A stretch of 63,348 bases of DNA, filler included, from Octopus bimaculoides (lineage: Eukaryota), in assembly GCF_001194135.2 (NCBI RefSeq). It is 6 parts of 6 records of this genome, joined end to end, with 100 filler letters (N's around TTAATTAATTAA, not from the genome) between each part and the next. Parts side by side here need not be neighbours in the genome. Positions count along the whole stretch, not along the records: positions 1 to 15,747 come from NC_068994.1; positions 15,848 to 29,091 come from NC_069007.1; positions 29,192 to 45,788 come from NC_068996.1; 3 more parts are not named here. The stretch is one strand, 5' to 3'. How positions within the stretch are numbered: the first letter of the stretch is position 1; every line of letters begins with the position of its first letter. Of the stretch, positions 13,550 to 35,611 are shown one piece after another. The notes beneath the pieces were generated by a model that made no database searches, had not been told where the DNA came from, and saw only the letters and a program-made list of their open reading frames with translations. The translations under genes were made by a program, and so were the position numbers.

Positions 13550-14913
13550 GTTATTAAATTGTACAAGAATCAAATGAAATAAAACCAATAATAGTAAAAT
13601 AATGTTTTCAATTAGTCCAAAAATATTTCGTTCGTTTTGGTGTGAAGTTTTCATTACATTTTCATTACGCATCCGGCATCCATATTTTTGCGGGTGCAAG
13701 AACACTTCCACATCTTTGTTCCCGAGCCAACGTATCTGTCTCTAAGCAATCTCACATTTGCAACTGAAATTCAACTCGAAGATGAAAAATATGTTCAGCC
13801 TTTTAGCAAATTTCAGAAGAGACAGGTATAGATAGTGAAATACGTGAGATTAGGCACTTTTTCAGTATTGGCGGAGAACTGAAGTGGGAAAATAAAACGA
13901 AAAATAGTATGGTGATCAGGTACCTTGACCCTCAATAGAGGGCGGCGTAAAATCCTTGGTGGTTGCTTCTGACGGATAGTGTATTCAAATATCTAACGTG
14001 TATTTCCCTGTTGTAACACGTTTTGCTCATCTTTCATGTATGTATGCACGTATGTTTGTATGTATATATGTATGTATGCATGTATGTAGGCATATAGGTA
14101 TGTAGGTATGTTTGCAAATATATATATATATAATATTATATATATANNNNNNNNNNNNNNNNNNNNNNNNNNNNNNNNNNNNNNNNNNNNNNNNNNNNNN
14201 NNNNNNNNNNNNNNNNNNNNNNNNNNNNNNNNNNNNNNNNNNNNNNNNNNNNNNNNNNNNNNNNNNNNNNNNNNNNNNNNNNNNNNNNNNNNNNNNNNNN
14301 NNNNNNNNNNNNNNNNNNNNNNNNNNNNNNNNNNNNNNNNNNNNNNNNNNNNNNNNNNNNNNNNNNNNNNNNNNNNNNNNNNNNNNNNNNNNNNNNNNNN
14401 NNNNNNNNNNNNNNNNNNNNNNNNNNNNNNNNNNNNNNNNNNNNNNNNNNNNNNNNNNNNNNNNNNNNNNNNNNNNNNNNNNNNNNNNNNNNNNNNNNNN
14501 NNNNNNNNNNNNNNNNNNNNNNNNNNNNNNNNNNNNNNNNNNNNNNNNNNNNNNNNNNNNNNNNNNNNNNNNNNNNNNNNNNNNNNNNNNNNNNNNNNNN
14601 NNNNNNNNNNNNNNNNNNNNNNNNNNNNNNNNNNNNNNNNNNNNNNNNNNNNNNNNNNNNNNNNNNNNNNNNNNNNNNNNNNNNNNNNNNNNNNNNNNNN
14701 NNNNNNNNNNNNNNNNNNNNNNNNNNNNNNNNNNNNNNNNNNNNNNNNNNNNNNNNNNNNNNNNNNNNNNNNNNNNNNNNNNNNNNNNNNNNNNNNNNNN
14801 NNNNNNNNNNNNNNNNNNNNNNNNNNNNNNNNNNNNNNNNNNNNNNNNNNNNNNNNNNNNNNNNNNNNNNNNNNNNNNNNNNNNNNNNNNNNNNNNNNNN
14901 NNNNNNNNNNNNN

Positions 14914-14977
<64 letters not shown>

Positions 14978-15246
14978 GATATATGCATATGTATATATGA
15001 ACATATATAGATATACACATACATGTATATATACATACGTATGTGTGGGGGTCTCACTGTGACGTTTCATTTTTTCTTTGGTTATATATATATATATATG
15101 TGCGTATGTGTGTTTGTGCGTGTGTGTTTATGAGTATGTATGTGTGTGTATGTTTGCGTGTTTTGTGTGAGTGTGTTTATGCGTGAAAGATCAAACTGTT
15201 GGGAGTGATTGAGGTCTTGTAATAACTCCATACTATTAACTTTAAA

Positions 15247-15357
15247 CTACGTATTAACATCTGATGGAATATATTTGAACCGATGTTGACTAAATGTAAT
15301 AGTGGAGAAATTGAGCTTCCTTAAGATGTTAGCCGAATTTTCATCGAAATTACTGAT
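15247..15357 (-). CDS. Candidate terminal coding exon (ISNFDENSANILRKLNFSTITFSQHRFKYIPSDVNT*)
   Basis: Pyrimidine tract + CAG acceptor and an open phase-0 frame to the stop. The tract may be only a microsatellite; no homology recognised. Confidence 0.2.
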   Translation of the reverse strand: MSNFDENSANILRKLNFSTITFSQHRFKYIPSDVNT

Positions 15358-15659
15358 CTGAGAGAAAAGAAAAGGAAGAAGAGGAAAAGGAAGAAGAAGA
15401 AGAAGGAGAAAATAGAGAAAAGAAAAACAAAATAATAAACGAAAACTAACCAAATACTAACAATTAGTTACAGTGTTTCGTACGAGCATTCGCATATACC
15501 CACAAATATATGGAGCAGCGTGTCGGCCGAGAACTATTAGCAGATATGATAACATAGGAAAATGATATTAAATTGTGTTGCTTGGATCAAACAGGTTCAA
15601 TGTTTGAAGAAGTTTCTATTAAAATGCTCTTGTTTCTATCAAACGTAGCAACACATTCT

Positions 15660-15901
15660 TATGATAGACAGCGGGCGTAGCAGCAGTAGTAGTAGTATTA
15701 GTGGCCGTAGTAGCAGAAGCAGCGCAAGAACCAAAGCTTGGTTATTTNNNNNNNNNNNNNNNNNNNNNNNNNNNNNNNNNNNNNNNNNNNNTTAATTAAT
15801 TAANNNNNNNNNNNNNNNNNNNNNNNNNNNNNNNNNNNNNNNNNNNNACCAGTTTAGTAGTATTGCTATGCAAAATAATAATAAAAATATTAATAATTGT
15901 T

Positions 15902-15938
<37 letters not shown>

Positions 15939-16219
15939 CTCTGGTAGTGGCAGCGGCAGCAGTAGTAGAAGTAGTAGTTGTAGTAGTGGTAGTAGGATTA
16001 CTAGTAGCAGCAGTAAAGGTTGTTGTTGTGGTTAGTGTTGGTAGTAGTACTATCAGCAGCAGTTGTACGGTCCTAAATAGTACAGCGCTTGTACTAGTAG
16101 TAGTGGTGGTGGTCGTAGTTGTAGTACAAGTCACAGTAGTATGGCGTTTGCAGTAGTAGTAAAAGTAGTAATAATACAACTGTTTATAGTAATATAGTAT
16201 TTGTAGCAGNNNNNNNNNN

Positions 16220-16265
<46 letters not shown>

Positions 16266-16660
16266 CTCTGGTAGTGGCAGCGGCAGCAGTAGTAGAAGTA
16301 GTAGTTGTAGTAGTGGTAGTAGGATTACTAGTAGCAGCAGTAAAGGTTGTTGTTGTGGTTAGTGTTGGTAGTAGTACTATCAGCAGCAGTTGTACGGTCC
16401 TAAATAGTACAGCGCTTGTACTAGTAGTAGTGGTGGTGGTCGTAGTTGTAGTACAANNNNNNNNNNAGTAGTACTATCAGCAGCAGTTGTACGGTCCTAA
16501 ATAGTACAGCGCTTGTACTAGTAGTAGTGGTGGTGGTCGTAGTTGTAGTACAAGTCACAGTAGTATGGCGTTTGCAGTAGTAGTAAAAGTAGTAATAATA
16601 CAACTGTTTATAGTAATATAGTATTTGTAGCAGTAGTAGTAGTAGTGGTAGTAGGAGTAA

Positions 16661-16713
<53 letters not shown>

Positions 16714-16853
16714 ATAGTAACTGTGGTCGTACTAGCCATTGTAGTATAGCCATTCTGTTTGAAGTAGCAGAGGTAGTAGTTGTACTAGTATTAGTAGAAG
16801 TAGAAGTAGTAGTGTAGGTGGTGGTGGTAGAGGTACTTGCAATAACTTAACAA

Positions 16854-16889
<36 letters not shown>

Positions 16890-17095
16890 CGGTAGTGTTT
16901 GTAGTAGCACACCGTCACCACTACCTCCATCACCACCACCACCACCACCACCACCACNNNNNNNNNNNNNNNNNNNNNNNNNNNNNNNNNNNNNNNNNNN
17001 NNNNNNNNNNNNNNNNNNNNNNNNNNNNNNNNNNNNNNNNNNNNNNNNNNNNNNNNNNNNNNNNNNGTAATAGAGCCCAGTCTGCAGCAGTAGTG

Positions 17096-17146
<51 letters not shown>

Positions 17147-17324
17147 ATAGAACGAATGTTATTAGCGATTATGAGAAAATAAACAATGATTGGGAAAATT
17201 ATTATTTGCCTTTCGTCCTTGCGGAATCGACAAATTAAGTACCAGTTGCGTGCTGGGGTCCGACGTAATCGATTGGTCCCTTCCCCCACAAATCTGAGGC
17301 CTTGTGCCTCCAGTAGAAAAGATA

Positions 17325-17374
<50 letters not shown>

Positions 17375-17419
17375 TATTATTGTTATTCTTGTTTAGTATT
17401 ATTATCATTATTATTATTA

Positions 17420-17463
<44 letters not shown>

Positions 17464-17464
17464 T

Positions 17465-17519
<55 letters not shown>

Positions 17520-17636
17520 CAGTAGTAGTAGTAACAATGCTAATCATTACAACGGTGACGACGATGACGATGGTGGTCATGATGATCATAATGATGATGA
17601 TGATGATGAGGAGGAGGAGGAGGAGGACGGCGATGT

Positions 17637-17668
<32 letters not shown>

Positions 17669-17830
17669 TTGATGAGGATGATGATGGTGATGATGATGAT
17701 GATGATGTTGATGATGATGATGATCACAATGATGATGATGATGATGGTGGTGATGATTTTTATTGTTTATCGTTGCTGCTGTTGTTGTTGTTGTCGTGGT
17801 CGCCTCCGCCGTCGTCTTCGCCGCTGTCGT
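15660..17830. repeat. Compound trinucleotide microsatellite block (TAG, CAC, ATT, GAT, GAG, TTG)
   Basis: Direct reading; includes gap-flanked duplicated segments. Confidence 0.9.
17205..17325 (+). mobile_element. SINE family A 3' half ending in (ATT)n
   Basis: TTTGCCTTTCGTCC...AAGTACCAGTTGCGTGCTGGGGTC...GGCCTTGTGCCTCCAGTAGAAAAG. Confidence 0.8.
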
Positions 17831-17859
17831 AACCTTCGTTGAATGCATTCATGTGTTAA

Positions 17860-26750
<8,891 letters not shown>

Positions 26751-27041
26751 NNTTAACGTGTCGAAGAGGTTGGCAGTGGAAGTCACCAACATCTGAGAGC
26801 AATTAAAGATAATTAGCGAATATTATGTGCGAAGATAGAATAACAAACTAGTTTTGTATATCGAAACAAACAAACCCGAGGGAACGAAAAAAATATAGAA
26901 ACAAATAATAATAATAACAGCAATAATAAAAACAAAAAGAACTACAATGGTAATAATAATGTTGGAGATGATGATGCTGATTTTTTTTTTATTTGGCAGA
27001 AGGCGAAAGATGAGAGGAACACACAAAAGCATACATAAACT

Positions 27042-27151
27042 ATGAAAGACAATGTCGACCTCGGCAGAATTTGAAACTCAGAACATAAGCACGGAAGATA
27101 TGCAGCTAAGCATTTTGCCCGGCGTGCTAATGATTTTGCCAGCTCACCGCC
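27042..27151 (-). mobile_element. SINE family A head
   Basis: Reverse-complement match to 52323-52430. Confidence 0.85.
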
Positions 27152-27799
27152 TTAATTAGTAATAATAATAATATTTATTATCTTAAAGTTTTGACACAAG
27201 GGCAGCTTGGTAGAAGTGGGGGATGAATCTTTATTAAATACTAAATTTTGTCTATCTATCTATCTATCTATNNNNNNNNNNNNNNNNNNNNNNNNNNNNN
27301 NNNNNNNNNNNNNNNNNNNNNNNNNNNNNNNNNNNNNNNNNNNNNNNNNNNNNNNNNNNNNNNNNNNNNNNNNNNNNNNNNNNNNNNNNNNNNNNNNNNN
27401 NNNNNNNNNNNNNNNNNNNNNNNNNNNNNNNNNNNNNNNNNNNNNNNNNNNNNNNNNNNNNNNNNNNNNNNNNNNNNNNNNNNNNNNNNNNNNNNNNNNN
27501 NNNNNNNNNNNNNNNNNNNNNNNNNNNNNNNNNNNNNNNNNNNNNNNNNNNNNNNNNNNNNNNNNNNNNNNNNNNNNNNNNNNNNNNNNNNNNNNNNNNN
27601 NNNNNNNNNNNNNNNNNNNNNNNNNNNNNNNNNNNNNNNNNNNNNNNNNNNNNNNNNNNNNNNNNNNNNNNNNNNNNNNNNNNNNNNNNNNNNNNNNNNN
27701 NNNNNNNNNNNNNNNNNNNNNNNNNNNNNNNNNNNNNNNNNNNNNNNNNNNNNNNNNNNNNNNNNNNNNNNNNNNNNNNNNNNNNNNNNNNNNNNNNNN

Positions 27800-27831
<32 letters not shown>

Positions 27832-28816
27832 CTGTGTGTGTGTGTGTGGCTATGCGTGTGCATATATGTATGTTCACGTTTACATTTCTGTATTTGTCAC
27901 CAATTGAGGAAAGGTTTGTGTTTTTTAACGCCTACTTATCCTTGCGATTCGCTCAAAGAAACCGATAGAATATGCGCTGGACTTGCAAAAGATGCAGCAT
28001 AAATACTAGCGTCGTTTTGTACGACTAAGATCTCAGCAATGTTGTGCCGCAGCATCACCGCAGGCCAATAACTGAAGCGTGTAAAAAAGATGTCACCCTC
28101 CATTAAAATAATGGTTTCTAATTAGGGCTGGGGTTACAAGTTTAGTAATATTTGGCGTAGTGTATCAGTCGTTACCAGTGATCTTGTTTTCGTTCGGTAC
28201 TTTATTTTAACGACCCTCAAGTACGGAAAAGCAGAGTTGTTGACGACGGGTCTCGAATCCAGAACGTAAATCTGCGTAACAAATATCGCCAGGCATTTCG
28301 TGCGATGCTCTAACGTTTTCTGTTATCTCTTCGCCGTCCATCGTCCATTTAAGATAACGTATCACATTAGACAACATAGTCCAAGATACACTATACAGTC
28401 GATAATAAAAAGAAGCGGGATGGCCATAGGTGGCTTGCATTTAATTATAGGTCTACTGGATCGGCGACGATCGAGGAACTAAAGAAATACTGCGTCGAAG
28501 ACAAAAATAAAAATTTAAAAAACCAGACGAACAAATATTTAAAACAAATAATCGGTCTGCTAAAACGAGTTGGTTAAATTATAGAAATCGGATTTGTGAA
28601 CTCGGGCCTCCCTCCACATCCTACGAAGATTGCTATAATTGAAGAAATATGAAAGAATATATAATTATTTGGGAAGTCGACTGTTTACTGGCTACGAGAG
28701 AAATACAAGCGTGTTTCCAAGGTAACACGAAATAAGCGACATCGCTATCATCATCATCATTATCATCCCCATGCTAACATCATCATCATTATTATTATTA
28801 CTGTTACTATTTACTA

Positions 28817-28889
<73 letters not shown>

Positions 28890-29226
28890 GCCATTATTAA
28901 TATTCTCATTGTGTTATTCTTACTCTTATTATTATTCTCATTACTACTACGATTAACCCTAATACTAATACTATTATCATTATGGCTGACAATATTATTA
29001 TTATTATTATCATTATTATTATTATCATTGTTATTAGCAGTACTAGTAGTAGTTGTTGTTGTAACAGTAGTAGTAGTAGTAGTAGTAGTAGNNNNNNNNN
29101 NNNNNNNNNNNNNNNNNNNNNNNNNNNNNNNNNNNTTAATTAATTAANNNNNNNNNNNNNNNNNNNNNNNNNNNNNNNNNNNNNNNNNNNNCGGCATCCC
29201 CAGTCCTCCACGTAACGGTTGTTGAC

Positions 29227-29281
<55 letters not shown>

Positions 29282-30210
29282 GCAGATAGATAGCTAGATA
29301 CATACATACATACGTACGTACGTACATACATACATACATACATACATACATACATACATACATACATACATACTTACTTACATACATACATACATACATA
29401 CCCTGTTGACGCTAGGTTAAAAACTGGTTCTTACTCTATTGGCAAGAAATCTTGAAATAAAACATAATAATGATATAAATACATACATGAGGCATTGCCT
29501 TGGAAAGCACCTTCTAATGTATAATGAAAGTTGATTAATATATACGTTGGATTCCTGTTCCTCTTTGTTTGTGAATGGCGAGATTTCAAAACACAATTAT
29601 TAGTTTTTTAAAGAATTACATATTCAAGAAAGCTTTAACACAACACTGTTATAATTACGGATCTTGCTTATGGTTAGTTAGTGTGGCACTGGTATTCTGA
29701 AATTTCTTACGTAAATAAAAACAGAATATCTTCAATGTGAAAGTAAAATATAAAGTAGAACTGTCAGAAGGGTTAAAGAACCGGTCTAAATGATTTGGAG
29801 CAATTTCATTCTGTTCCTCAGCGTTCTAAATCCAAAGTATGTCTCGGTTCGCTGACTCCGACGTCGTGAATTCTCCCTGCCCCGCAAACCCACACCACTT
29901 ATGCAGCTCTTAATTTTTATTGAGGAAATAAATGTATTTCATATATTCTGAAGAAAAATTGTAGAACTCATGCATCACCACAATCAGCATCACCACCAAC
30001 AGCAACAACAATAACCTTGTCTCGTCCTCTTCCTAATCCTCCTCCTCCACTGTGCACTGATGTAAGTTGAAACAACTGTCTGTAAATCGAAACTGACTTG
30101 CGGACTCCTCGGTAGAATGAAAACTTAACCACCGTGTCTAAGAGTCCCACAGACGTAGAGGAAACAACAGCAACAACAACAAGAACAACAACAACAACAA
30201 CAACAACAAC

Positions 30211-30250
<40 letters not shown>

Positions 30251-30552
30251 GTAATAATAATAATAACACTATGATGGTAATAAGAAGGAATTTTATCGAG
30301 CAATTATTAAAAATAAATAAATCTAAATTATATAATATAATATATATTCAACTGTCAAATATATAGATGTGTTTCTGAATATGTATGCGCACATATACGT
30401 GTATATAAATATATTTGTATGTAAATGTCTCTAAAATATGGATGACTGGGTGTGTAATTTCTAATTAAACCTCGAGCATGATGAGAGTTGAAAAGAGAGA
30501 CCAAGGGTGGAATGTTCAAAACGGGTATAAATATGTGCCAAGAGAGGTAGAG

Positions 30553-30637
<85 letters not shown>

Positions 30638-31287
30638 AACGATGGCGAGAAGCAAGAGAAGAGAAGTAGAGGATGCTGAAGACAGAGAGCAACCTTCAAA
30701 CGGAAATCATGAGGTTAGCGGCCCGTATCTTCTTATTGACATTATGGTGTAAACAGGATAAAGACCTTTTTAGCAAACGACTCATTTCATAGAGATATGA
30801 ACGAGTATTAAGGAAGTCTATACTCGCTTATTTCTAATGTCTTCAAATTCAACGATACCTTTACTGATATCAAACAGAGATTAAGAGAAATTTAAATGTT
30901 AGTTAATCTTAGATTCAAATTTTGGCACAAGGCCAGCAATTTCGGGGTAAGTTAAGTTTGCCTTTCATCCTTTCATTATTTCCTGTCTATGAAATAAGTA
31001 TCACTTGGTCGCTGAGGTCGATGTAATAGTCTTAATCCCTCCCCGCGAAATTTGAAACTATTATTTCCCTGGTCTCAAGCTGTTGCAAGCCAACAGAATC
31101 GTTTAGTAGAAAGGATATTTATTCACTCGATTACATTAATCTCAGTGTTTCACTGGTACTTTGTTTATCGAACCCCGAAAGGATGAAAGTCAAAAAATGA
31201 ATTTAGTTGATTTCATTGAACCCAGTGCTCAACTAGTCTTTCTTTTAATCAGTTCTATATTTAAGAGATGAGGAATTATGTACATTA

Positions 31288-31616
31288 AGACAAGATACTG
31301 CAATAGCCTGGGTTTCAGAGGTCCACAGCTCTTCAATATCCTCCCGAAGGACCTGAGAGACCTGCATGCGGTGGATGTAGGTGTCTTCAAGATGAGGCTG
31401 GACCTCTTCCTGTCAGGTGTCCCAGATGAACCAACTTCACGGCAGGAGGTGCAGATGAGAGCAGCTGCATCAAACTCTCTCATGCACCAAATGTCAATTC
31501 CTGAAGTAAAATTCGTGAAGTAAAATTGTGTAGCAACACCAAATGGCGGTGCCCCAGCATGGCCACAGCTCATGAGCTGAAACCAGATAAAATGAAAAAT
31601 AAAATGAAAATGAAAA
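31288..31616 (+). mobile_element. CR1/L2-group LINE 3' fragment (RT C-terminus, 3' UTR, AAAATG tail)
   Basis: KTRYCNSLGFRGPQLFNILPKDLRDLHAVDVGVFKMRLDLFLSGVPDEP...RAAASNSLMHQM. A possible ATTA duplication is at 31284-87 and 31617-20. Confidence 0.75.
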
Positions 31617-31925
31617 ATTATTTACAATATTTACATTTGATAGATATTTGTCCTCATCTTGTTTGGTGTTAACACGTTTCAGCTGATATACCCTCCAGCC
31701 TTTATCAGGTGTCTTGAGGAAATTTCTAAACTGGGTTCTCATTCCTAAGGTATCTTTCGATGTTATTATTATTATTATTATTACTGTTACTATACCTTAG
31801 GAATGAGAACCCAGGTTCGAAATTTCCCCAAGACACCTAATGAAGGCTGGAGGGTATATCAGCCGAAACGTTATACTAACAACAAACAAGATGAGGACAA
31901 ATATCCATCAAATGTAAATAATGTA
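31617..31925. mobile_element. Head-to-head inverted pair of Penelope-like terminal segments, each with a decayed hammerhead motif
   Basis: Arms 31631-31753 and 31792-31925 are reverse complements around an (ATT)n spacer. Cores are CTGATAA (minus) and CTAATGA (plus), each followed by a stem and GAAACG. Homologous to 60247-60407. Confidence 0.75.
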
Positions 31926-34237
31926 GTACTTTTTTTATTGACCATAAAAAGATGAAAGACAAAGTCGGTCTCAGCGAAATTTGAACTCAAAACATAAAGA
32001 CGAACAAAATGCAGCTATGCATTCTGCCCGTCTTGCGGCAGCGTTAACCCCGGGAAATAATGGTTTCAAATTTTGGCACAAGGCCAGAATTTCATGGGAA
32101 GAGTTAAGTCGATTACATCTACCTCAGTGTTCAACTGGTACTTATTTCATAGAACCCCGAAGGGATAAAAGGTAAAATCGACCTCGGACGAATATGAAAT
32201 CAGAACGTTAAAACGGACCACATACCGCTAAGCAATTTGACCGGCATGCTAACGACTCTGCCAGCTCGCCGCCTTAGGAGTTAATATCCTTTCTACTTAA
32301 GGCATAAGGCTTGAATTTTAGGGGAGAGGACTAGTCCATTACATCGACTTCAGTGTTTCACTGATACTTAGTTTATCGATCCCGAAAGGATGAAAGGCAA
32401 AGTCGATCTCGGTGGAATTTGGACTCGGAACGTAGAGTCGGGCGAAATAGCGCTAACCATTTCGTCCAGCGTGCTAATGATTCTGTGGAGTTAGTTAATA
32501 TCTATATTATCATTTGACTGCGAGCTGGCAGAATCGTTCGCATGCCGGACAAAATGCTTTGCGATATTTCTTCCGACTCGTTACGTTCTGAGTTCAAATC
32601 TTGCCGAGGTCAATTTTGGCGTTTATACTTTCGGGGTCGATAAAATAAAGTACTCGTCAAGTACTAGGGTGGATGCAATCAATTTACCCCACCCATCTCA
32701 AAACGACGATCCTTGTGCCAAAATTAAAATGAAATATTCGTCAATGGAAATACAACCTTCCCCTTTTGTCGTCTTTTGGCATCTTAGTACCTAATTTACT
32801 GTATTGAAATGTATGTAATATATACTGAGAAATGCATCGAGAAATGCATCGAGAAATGAGGCTAACTGATAAATTAATCATAATTATCGTGGCGAATTAC
32901 TAGAGTCATTAGAGCGTTGTATATAAAGCTTTGCGAGTGTTGTTCCTGTTTTGCCTTATCTAAGTTCAAATCTCGCCTAGTTCACGCATCTTGGAGAGTG
33001 AAATGGCATAATTGTTAGATGTTTCCTAGTTTTTCTTTCAGCTCTTTGCATTCTGCAGTTTTGGTCGGTAGTTCTGATCTGACGCTTTGCTGCTTGATTG
33101 TCTTTAGCAGTGTTCAGCCTATGATTGCAACTATTCCAAGTAAATATCTGGTATGAGAATAAATTCTTCCCTTCGTCACAGCAAACTCGTGGGTTCTTCC
33201 TTTCCAAACTCAACAGTGAAAAAAAAATATACGAAATATGGAGGCACTGAAAAATATTTAAATAATAAGGTACGTTCAATTATTATCAGTATTTTTTATA
33301 GAAATACTAAGAAAAATGTTAAGGGGCTAGCTAATATTATTATTTGATAGAGTAGGCAAGGGAGACAACTCTGAACGTTTTCAGACTTATTTAGACTTCG
33401 TCGGTCGTAAGTAATACACGGACATGTTATGAAGGGAAAATTTATATTGGCTTCAGTAATGAACCGAAAGTGGTTCATTCTCATAACTCAAAAATTAATA
33501 ATTTTCTACGAAAGCTACCTTTCTAAAATAACTTTGATTTCTAAACAAGACACACAGACAGAAATTTCGTGTGGGGGAGGGTAGAGAAGTGGCATACATT
33601 CGGTTAAATCGAGTCTACAACTTGTCCCCTTTTATTTTATCCATCACGAACGAATGACACGCAAAGAAATTCTGGTAGATTTGAACTCATGATATAAAAC
33701 GAACTGAATAGAATACCGTACGCGATTTAGTCCTTCGCTCTGCCATTTCAGCCAAATCGTTATCCTGTTCTATTTCTAACTCATGCGCGAGGTTAGGCAA
33801 CGCTTTTGCGTGTGCTGGCGGGGCGCAGAGTCGATAAAGTCGATCTTCTCATTCCCTCCGTAGTGGACTGATCATTATAGCTCATTGATTCTAGAGGGAT
33901 GAATGATAAAGTCGACCTCAGTAGTGTCTGAACATAGAGCAAAGAGGTATGCAAGGGAAATAATTATTGTAAGCTGTATAGTTTGACACGACTATATCTC
34001 TTACTAGCTTTTATCAATCTAAACAAACAACAGCAGTAACTATGGTAACGAAGTTAATCAAAACAATATCAAAGATAATTGTTGATAACAGCAACTACAG
34101 TTTTACAATGATAACAGCACTTTAATAACAAGAATAAAGTACAAGAATAAAAGCACTACTACGGCAACAACACTAAAACGATAGCTGCACAATGACATTA
34201 GCAGACAACAACGACATTCTAACGATAACTCTTCTTC

Positions 34238-34553
34238 TGGCACTGACACTCCGTCGGTTACGACGACGAGTATAACTGTTGAACAGCCTACTCGTGAAAT
34301 GAACGTGTAAGTGGCTGAGTGCTCTACAGACACATGTAACCTTAATGTAGTTCTCAGGGAGATACAGCGTGACATACGATGTGAAAAGGCTGACCCTTTT
34401 GAAATACAGGTACTACTCATTTTTACCAGATGAGTACTCTGGAACAATGTGAAATAAAGTGTCTTGCTCAAGGAAACAATATGCCACCGGGGACCGAACT
34501 CATGACATTGCGATCGTGAGCCGTATATCCTAACCACTAAGCCACGCACCCTC
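34238..34553 (-). mobile_element. SINE family D' (F-like tRNA head and central motif, D-type 3' tail)
   Basis: Head GAGGGTGCGTGGCTTAGTGGTTAGG...GAGTTCGGTCCC; CCTTGAGCAAGACACT; tail shared with 35390-35559. Confidence 0.8.
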
Positions 34554-34626
34554 ACACACTACCAACACCACAATAATCCTGTCTACAATAGGAACAAGAC
34601 TTATATGCCTGTCGTATATATGTATC

Positions 34627-34818
34627 GAGTGGCTGTGAGGTAAGTAGCTTGCTTACCAACCACATGGTTCAGGAGTTCAGTCCCACTGCGTGGAACGTTG
34701 GGAAAGTGTTTTCTGCTATAGCCTTGGGCCGACCAAACCCTTGTGAGTGGATTTGGCTGACAGAAACTGAAAGAATCCCACCGTGTATATGCGTGTGTGT
34801 GTGTGTGAGTGTCTGTTT

Positions 34819-34883
<65 letters not shown>

Positions 34884-35105
34884 GTGTATGTGTGTGTCTG
34901 TGTTTGTTTCCCCAGCATCGCTTGACAACCGACGCTGGTGTGTTTACATCCCCGTAAACTAGCGGTTCGGCAAAAAGAGACTGATAGAATAAGTACTAGG
35001 CTTACAAAGAATAAATCCTGGGGTCGATTTGCTCGCCTAAAGGCGGTGCTCCAGCATGTGCGCAATCAAATGACTGAAACAAGTAAAAGAATAAAAGATT
35101 AAAAG
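34627..35105 (+). mobile_element. Full-length SINE family B (tRNA head, CORE-like block, internal (TG)n, LINE-like tail)
   Basis: A/B-box-like head (GTGGCTGTGAGGTAAG; GAGTTCAGTCCC), TTGGGAAAGT block and tail ending GACTGAAACAAGTAAAAGA. Possibly one of the described octopus OR-type SINEs (not verified). Confidence 0.85.
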
Positions 35106-35173
35106 TATATATATATACTTCGGTAATCTCACAAACCTCACAACCTGTTTATATTGCACTACAAAGCTAGCGT

Positions 35174-35559
35174 GGGGGCGCAATGGCCCAGTGACTAGGG
35201 CAGCCGACTCGCGGTCATAGGATCGCGGTTTCGATTCCCAGACCGGCCATTGTGAGAGTTTATTGAGCGAAATCACCTAAAGCTGCACGAGGCTCCAGCA
35301 GGGGATGGTGGCGAACTCTGCTGTACTCTTTTACCACTACTTTCCCTCACTCTTACTTCCTGTTTCTGTTGTGCTTGTAATACAAAGGGCCAGCCTTGTC
35401 ACACTCTGTGTCATGCTGAATATCCCCGAGAACTACATTAAGGGTACACGTGTCTGTGGAGTGCTCAGCCACTTGCACGTTAATTTCACGAGCAGGCTGT
35501 TCCGTTGATCGGATCAACTGGAATTCTCGTCGTCGTAAGCGACGGAGTGCCAACAACAA
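35174..35559 (+). mobile_element. Full-length SINE family D (tRNA-Arg-like head, (AAC)n tail)
   Basis: GGGGGCGCAATGGCCCAGTGACTAGG...GGTTTCGATTCCC; second copy at 63054-63348 (minus). Confidence 0.85.
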
Positions 35560-35611
35560 TGCTAGCAACGATCAAAAAAGCCACTGGCATTACCAATCTC
35601 TACATACTGCT

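Larger units (their letters stand above)
30915..32722. mobile_element. Cluster of at least 6 SINE family A copies or fragments in both orientations, with nested insertions
   Basis: Copies at ~30915-31010, 31090-31237, 31925-32045, 32066-32273 (-), 32288-32486 (-) and 32519-32722 (+). Confidence 0.8.

Noticed and set aside
15748-15847. TTAATTAATTAA between N runs, repeated identically at 15792, 29136, 45833, 51621 and 58276
   Set aside because: Each is 44 N + 12 bp + 44 N = 100 bp. This is an artificial all-frame-stop gap linker, not biology.
15880-16640. Apparent exact tandem duplications of the TAG-rich segment
   Set aside because: The copies are separated by 10-N gaps and are identical; most likely unmerged contig overlaps.
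33036-33139. Strong acceptor/donor pair on the plus strand
   Set aside because: Only one frame is open, with an unrecognisable peptide; insufficient evidence without transcripts.
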